Of a stretch of 64,000 nt of DNA, positions 62,801 through 64,000 are shown one piece after another; position 1 is the first letter of the stretch, and each line of letters starts with the position of its first letter. The stretch spans positions 392,522,001 to 392,586,000 of the forward strand of contig OZ024740.1 in the NCBI GenBank assembly GCA_964016885.1, given 5' to 3'. Source of the stretch: Eledone cirrhosa. Lineage: Eukaryota. A model generated the notes under the pieces. That model saw only the letters and a program-made list of their open reading frames with translations, searched no databases and was not told the DNA's origin. The position numbers and the translations under genes are program-made.

Positions 62801-63574
62801 CTACTAGGTAATGTATTGGCAGAGTCATTAGAATGTTGGATAGAATGCTTCATGGAATTACTTCTGGCTCCCTGCACTCTTTGTTCAAATCCTGCCATGG
62901 TCAACTCTGCCTCTCATCCTTTCAAGATCAATAAAAAAAAGTACCAGTCCATAACTGGGGTTGATTGTTCCTCAATATCTCTTTCTCACTTCCTCTCTAT
63001 CATCTTCTTTCTTCTAGAATAATTTGCTGTATCAGACCAAGAAAGGGGATGGGCTCTGTCAAGCTTAAAATACCTAATGGCACTATGATGCCTCTATGAC
63101 TCCACCAGGAGTTATGAATCCATCATAAATCCATTAGTTTTGGAGATCTTAAAATAATAATGATTTCTATTATAGGCACTAGGCCAGCAATTTTGGGGAG
63201 GGGAAAGTCAAATAAATTGACCCCAGTGCATTACTGGTGCTTTATTTTATTGACCACATAGGATGAAAGCCAAAGCTAACCTTGGTGAGATTTCAACTCA
63301 GACCATGAAGCGCCATAACCCTATGCTGCAAAGCATGATGTCTGACACTCTACCGATTAAAAGGTCATAGGCACTGCTATTTCCTCTTTGATTAAGCAGC
63401 ATTGTTCTACTGTTTCTTTTATGTCATTGTCAATACTAAAGTGTTTCTATATTCATTACTTTGTAGCTGGAACAGCTTCAGTTGTCTCTGGAGCATCAGA
63501 AAGTTGATATGCTCAAGTCTTCAGCTGAATTAGAAGCAAATATTCGGAAAATACATGAACATTATCAAGATGAG
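6447..63574 (+). CDS. CEP162: Centrosomal protein 162 (CEP162/KIAA1009/QN1) orthologue, multi-exon gene span, 3' end beyond window
   Basis: 28 candidate exons with AG/GT boundaries and consecutive phase compatibility (one exception, one GC donor). Motifs matching CEP162 as I recall it: DTLDEIADKQKFF-ELEK-LDYGLLN, SSGYG, ENKRLY...EERMFLENQ, KKLHWYAYNQQLLD, KEMEKIYCKRNPNSLPALLMAA. Long coiled-coil C-terminal half. Confidence 0.88.
6950..8030 (-). mobile_element. CRE-like LINE 3' fragment with restriction-like endonuclease
   Basis: [34 protein letters not shown]...PEAVKTSGVLGP (RPDG..WD.T RLE motif), preceded by frameshifted zinc-knuckle and GGLG regions. Confidence 0.8.
8200..8890 (+). mobile_element. 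Highly decayed CRE-like LINE 3' fragment
   Basis: Scattered residual peptides (QRVWDNVV, CLSPNELHIFIASRVGANV, GLHSLS, RDGK, AFETSR) collinear with the other CRE-like copies. Confidence 0.45.
9757..9936 (-). mobile_element. tRNA-derived SINE, young family
   Basis: Minus strand: A-box TGGCAGTATCGGTAG, B-box GAGTTCAAATCC, core GCCTTTCATCCTTACGGGGTCGATAAAATAAAGTACCAG, AT-rich tail. Many near-identical copies in the window. Confidence 0.85.
10143..10239 (+). CDS. CEP162: CEP162 exon 2
   Basis: AG|CGSDISIDPEDV...PKWLYEDETDT|GT, phase 0 to 1. Confidence 0.75.
11151..11305 (+). CDS. CEP162: CEP162 exon 3
   Basis: AG|(G)ASTDLCK...DESLELAKELEFHPKGSEE|GT, phase 1 to 0. Confidence 0.72.
12443..13555 (-). 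mobile_element. RTE-clade LINE, 5'-truncated, decayed
   Basis: RT ELLYADDL, PHD-like WPCSIC..CTQC..VHKRC..CSRC, RRLGWYGHV, GKPRKTW; (TGA)n tail seen as (CAT)n at 12445-12462. Confidence 0.9.
13690..14050 (+). mobile_element. Penelope-like element GIY-YIG endonuclease remnant
   Basis: With one frameshift in an A7 run it reads VVYKVICKKCSSYIRTTIQMLHTRIREH...LRIEEAIII, the VVY/YIG/RxxEH/EA pattern. Confidence 0.7.
14323..14389 (+). CDS. CEP162: CEP162 exon 4
   Basis: AG|IRNISEGMENLKNSIDENRNKN|GTATGT, phase 0 to 1. Confidence 0.62.
15180..17140 (+). mobile_element. RTE-clade LINE, decayed, interrupted by a hAT MITE
   Basis: NYRGIKLMDQVM, FVDLEKAIDRVP, PWELLYTDDL, MHGSKTWA motifs with many stops; TGATGATGA tail. 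Confidence 0.88.
16045..16437. mobile_element. Non-autonomous hAT (Buster-type) element
   Basis: TIRs CAGGGGTCAGCAAC / GTTGCCGACCCCTT; perfect 8-bp TSD CTCTATAT (NNNTANNN) at 16037-16044 and 16438-16445. Confidence 0.88.
17760..18300 (-). mobile_element. L1/Tx1-like LINE AP-endonuclease fragment
   Basis: LVGDWNSIL...FQL...DFPSAPIRTW, similar to the APE GDFN and TW motifs; heavily frameshifted. Confidence 0.55.
18434..19156 (+). mobile_element. R4/Dong-like RLE LINE 3' end
   Basis: RHDSVGQYLHW, ILWDFPVHTDKTIKAN, PDII, LIDMSIPCD..KEFDKHRKYKD, VIIGALG, HILRRAL. Flanked on both sides by TAA-type repeats. Confidence 0.82.
19889..19931 (+). CDS. CEP162: CEP162 exon 5
   Basis: Poly-T CAG|(V)SVTPGIIIEVQAN|GTAAGT, phase 1 to 2. 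Confidence 0.68.
20020..20682 (+). mobile_element. Degenerate mariner transposon
   Basis: DRRITT..VAKTLNIS, FLQRIVTGDEMWIYQYDP, HPPYSP..A.CDLFLFPNLK. Right TIR-like ...AAACTTTTTGAAGCACCTTCATA next to TA repeats. Internal deletions. Confidence 0.85.
21551..21606 (+). CDS. CEP162: CEP162 exon 6
   Basis: CAG|KEGNDDLNSVIAKDSPVK|GT, phase 2 to 1. Confidence 0.68.
21748..21920 (+). mobile_element. tRNA-derived SINE, young family, with long TSD
   Basis: Reverse complement of the 9757 copy. ATTATATATACATATAAGAT is repeated on both flanks. Confidence 0.85.
22430..22980 (+). mobile_element. CRE-like LINE 3' fragment
   Basis: [55 protein letters not shown]...PLAVETSG; AATAATAAA at the end. Confidence 0.82.
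23159..23760 (+). pseudogene. piggyBac (PGBD4-like) transposase N-terminal remnant
   Basis: Acidic N-terminus, then ELDYFFLFLPQTFFEVVAEEIN*YAQQ and MQAFF..MFGIKQFPRLWNYWSTD..LNQYLHLVD; stop and truncation. Confidence 0.8.
23994..24560 (-). mobile_element. Three head-to-tail copies of the young tRNA-SINE
   Basis: About 190-bp SINE unit repeated from about 23994, 24188 and 24379. Confidence 0.88.
24834..24913 (+). CDS. CEP162: CEP162 exon 7
   Basis: (E)SGLCQPVQGPGPDTLDEIADKQKFFS|GTAAGT, phase 1 to 0; conserved DTL.E..K..FF motif. Confidence 0.85.
26089..26274 (+). CDS. CEP162: CEP162 exon 8
   Basis: ELEKEMSGTLDYGLLNRQLS...VELL|GT, phase 0 to 0. Confidence 0.8.
26386..26583. mobile_element. 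piggyBac-type MITE
   Basis: TTAA TSD on both sides; TIRs CCCTTTAGCA / TGCTAAAGGG. Confidence 0.8.
28048..28084 (+). CDS. CEP162: CEP162 exon 9 (37 nt)
   Basis: TAG|KPTQQQTSLLSK|GTAAGA, phase 0 to 1. Joins the next exon to give LLSKVMLLDS. Confidence 0.78.
28700..29800 (+). mobile_element. RTE-like LINE fragment of a second family (endonuclease end to RT start)
   Basis: TDHHLV, PWVNQTVKDAI, WREYF..LLN, IPIFKKGDK..SNHRGISLL; many stops. Confidence 0.75.
30064..30198 (+). CDS. CEP162: CEP162 exon 10
   Basis: (V)MLLDSMGSSLNTTG...QKDNQ|GT, phase 1 to 1. Confidence 0.82.
30377..32273 (+). mobile_element. Internally deleted hAT/Buster (ZBED8/SCAND3-like) transposon
   Basis: TIRs CAAAGGTTCTCAAC / GTTGAGAACCTGTG. 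Transposase remnants AMVGRHNGFVTLLK..VHCFIHRQ and LPFPS..KARNR..RGGLRLHLTKIHPD..HEAQESH* at about 31280-31650. Confidence 0.82.
30616..31112 (+). mobile_element. Helentron/DINE-1-like non-autonomous element nested in the hAT
   Basis: Starts AACTAGCAGTGGTACCCGGCGTTGC, has an internal duplication, (CA)n near the end, and terminates TTTTATATATATAGAT. This layout matches HINE-type elements. Confidence 0.6.
33556..33740 (-). mobile_element. tRNA-derived SINE, young family
   Basis: Near-identical to the 23994-24560 units. Confidence 0.85.
34734..34964 (+). CDS. CEP162: CEP162 exon 11
   Basis: (V)FQGTVTNEEIKELHNALHDINLS...AAINI|GTAAGG, phase 1 to 1. Confidence 0.8.
35789..35873 (+). CDS. CEP162: CEP162 candidate exon 12 (frame-disrupted as written)
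   Basis: CAG|(E)TKRNNNNTLESLLEETEKIALNQK then TGA just before the GTAAAT donor. It is 85 nt where 84 would preserve phase. Confidence 0.45.
37160..37272 (+). CDS. CEP162: CEP162 exon 13
   Basis: KSPAENSVGNMCSFDLSPVV...STSF|GTGAGT, phase 1 to 0. Confidence 0.75.
38165..38234 (+). CDS. CEP162: CEP162 exon 14
   Basis: GPKHVENVTTDQASLPLTDFSKT|GTGAGT, phase 0 to 1. Confidence 0.75.
38529..38666 (+). CDS. CEP162: CEP162 exon 15
   Basis: (V)NVSKKTNKYSKIPSSGYG...MRTS|GTGAGC, phase 1 to 1. Confidence 0.85.
39000..41140 (-). mobile_element. RTE-clade LINE, 5'-truncated, with 3' UTR
   Basis: MQFGFVSGKSTTDALFIVRQLQEK..FVDLEKAFDRVP, YADD, PHD-like finger, MLHGSETW, RRLRWYGHV; (CAT)n tail at 39000-39023. 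Confidence 0.92.
41431..41522 (+). CDS. CEP162: CEP162 exon 16
   Basis: (G)TSQVASVKSK...LKYLNE|GTGAGG, phase 1 to 0. Confidence 0.78.
42347..42473 (+). CDS. CEP162: CEP162 exon 17
   Basis: FKTYQQ...ILKKQLEEEREMIFQLK|GT, phase 0 to 1. Confidence 0.8.
42565..42748 (+). mobile_element. tRNA-derived SINE, young family
   Basis: TGGCAGTATTTGTAG A-box, GAGTTCAAATCC B-box, conserved core. Confidence 0.85.
43779..43891 (+). CDS. CEP162: CEP162 exon 18
   Basis: KMTDNENKYQQ...LRKANYILASK|GTAAGA, phase 1 to 0. Confidence 0.85.
44145..44465 (-). mobile_element. RTE LINE 3' fragment
   Basis: REKLGIRGIRC..RLCWYSHV..KTWAEVV. Confidence 0.8.
44628..44857 (+). CDS. CEP162: CEP162 exon 19
   Basis: QKELEEHQKLLVAYDAENKRLY...EERMFLENQKI, phase 0 to 2. 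Confidence 0.9.
44955..45310 (-). mobile_element. CR1-type LINE 3' end
   Basis: Minus strand TRGHANKVRKQ..FFTLRVAEAWNKLPASVV; (TTA)n tail. Confidence 0.72.
46392..46557 (+). CDS. CEP162: CEP162 exon 20
   Basis: NQMNLKQASITTEPK...AEQNQ|GTGAGT, phase 2 to 0. Confidence 0.8.
47534..50960. repeat. Minisatellite array, 52-bp unit, about 65 copies
   Basis: Consensus CTGTGGTCTACTAGGGTGATGGACTTAATCTATTGCTCAGTTTGACATCACA. Period 52 (47534 to 47586), few variable positions, no spacers. Confidence 0.97.
51897..52046 (+). CDS. CEP162: CEP162 exon 21
   Basis: VELHHFKQQ...KEVDMK|GT, phase 0 to 0. Confidence 0.85.
52285..52446 (+). CDS. CEP162: CEP162 exon 22
   Basis: AVESKFFDDIESMKKKLHWYAYNQQLLD...KLNSE|GT, phase 0 to 0. 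Confidence 0.92.
52485..52940 (+). mobile_element. Possible solo LTR
   Basis: TGTAG...CTACA ends, TATA-like at about 52527, AATAAA at about 52827, more CpG than the flanks. No TSD found. Confidence 0.35.
53328..53411 (+). CDS. CEP162: CEP162 exon 23
   Basis: TGKRFEENKLLGKERLANQKRIMNLEHQ|GT, phase 0 to 0. Confidence 0.88.
55306..55536 (+). CDS. CEP162: CEP162 exon 24
   Basis: IKEMEKIYCKRNPNSLPALLMAA...LEQKVKKLE...RTVEQKYNKLK|GT, phase 0 to 0. Confidence 0.93.
55815..56530 (+). mobile_element. Degenerate Tc1-family transposon, 3' half
   Basis: VVIWGPISYASVGP..LNSEVYQEIL..FLF*QE..HSAR..MNPIENL, the Tc1 DD34E region with stops. Confidence 0.8.
57402..57500. mobile_element. Tc1/mariner-type MITE (99 bp)
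   Basis: TA TSD; TIRs CAGGGTGTCCC...GTATAC / GTATAC...GGGACACCCTG. Confidence 0.85.
58096..58168 (+). pseudogene. tRNA-Lys(CTT) pseudogene
   Basis: CAGTTGGTGGAGCACGAGACTCTTAATTTCAGTGTCATGGGCTCAAGCTCCATGTTAGGTG aligns without gaps to metazoan tRNA-Lys-CTT. Shows CpG-type decay, a broken T-loop, and a lost 5' acceptor strand. Confidence 0.82.
58375..59690 (-). mobile_element. RTE-clade LINE 3' portion, close relative of 39000-41140
   Basis: Open 286-aa stretch with PHD-like finger, YLGD, MLHGSETW, RRLRWYGHV, GRPRKAW; same 3' UTR. Confidence 0.92.
60019..60250 (+). CDS. CEP162: CEP162 exon 25 (GC donor)
   Basis: AAG|LQYESQIETLEE...EKYKQED, ends G|GCAAGT; phase 0 to 1. Confidence 0.8.
61076..61273 (+). 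CDS. CEP162: CEP162 exon 26
   Basis: (V)NLYGLLEKSLNKEIQLQNK...MSVNE|GT, phase 1 to 1. Confidence 0.8.
61795..62082 (+). mobile_element. tRNA-derived SINE, second family
   Basis: B-box GAGTTCGAATC, core TTGTGTTCTTGAGCAAGACACTTT, 3' TTTACCTTA tail. Confidence 0.7.
62220..62374 (+). CDS. CEP162: CEP162 exon 27
   Basis: (E)GNKKASKLPKK...ILKENESLKLK|GT, phase 1 to 0. Confidence 0.82.
63158..63357 (-). mobile_element. tRNA-derived SINE (older copy of the main family)
   Basis: Same core and tail as 5606-5815. Confidence 0.72.
63467..63574 (+). CDS. CEP162: CEP162 exon 28 (last visible)
   Basis: TAG|LEQLQLSLEHQKVDM...HEHYQDE|GTAATT, phase 0 to 0. Confidence 0.85.
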
Positions 63575-64000
63575 GTAATTATCAATATCTCTATAATATA
63601 CTTTACAGAAACACACAGATACACCCTGTGTACATGCACGTGTGTATGTGGGATGTATGTCTGTGTGGAATGTCTATATATCATCATCATCATGTCAACT
63701 TTTCCATGCTGGCATGGGTTGGATAGGACTTTTTGAGGCAGTGTTTTACAGCCAGTTGCTTTTCTTGACACCAACCCTTTTTGTCACTTAAAAAATTTGA
63801 ATTCAAAGATTTGACTTCATGCGGAAAATTCAAAATTAGTAGAACGATGTTATTTTAGCTTGGCAGTGTTTATCCTATTAATGAGTTCTGTTAAATAATA
63901 ATATATATCAAAAGAGATCGCTATATCATATATAATGATCATTTAGCTCTATGATAACTCTATGAGAAAATTAGAGCTAAAAATTCAAGAATCCAAGTCC

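Overview
AT-rich eukaryotic (animal) genomic DNA. The SINE/RTE repeat complement suggests an octopus or other cephalopod mollusc; this is inference, not verified. The backbone is one long + strand multi-exon gene that I identify as CEP162 (KIAA1009/QN1). I traced 28 candidate coding exons from a probable ATG at 6447 to 63574, and the gene runs off the right edge. Splice phases chain consistently, except for one exon (35789-35873) with an apparent +1 frameshift; one intron uses a GC donor. Upstream is a full-length but decayed LTR retrotransposon (1069-5595, TSD GAATC) with a foreign solo LTR nested in its integrase. Introns are packed with decayed mobile elements: RTE LINEs with a PHD-like finger, CRE-like and R4/Dong-like RLE LINEs, Tx1/L1, CR1 and Penelope fragments, mariner, Tc1, piggyBac, hAT/Buster, MITEs and tRNA-derived SINEs. 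They also hold a tRNA-Lys pseudogene and a 3.4 kb array of about 65 copies of a 52-bp unit. I cannot demonstrate a new biological system. The best leads are the LTR element's DIRS-like RNase H paired with a DDE integrase, the satellite that arose inside a dispersed repeat, back-to-back hammerhead-like motifs, two perfect 25-bp hairpins, a synonymously diverged exon duplicate, and a possible poison exon. All coordinates were read by eye; boundaries of degraded repeats are approximate.
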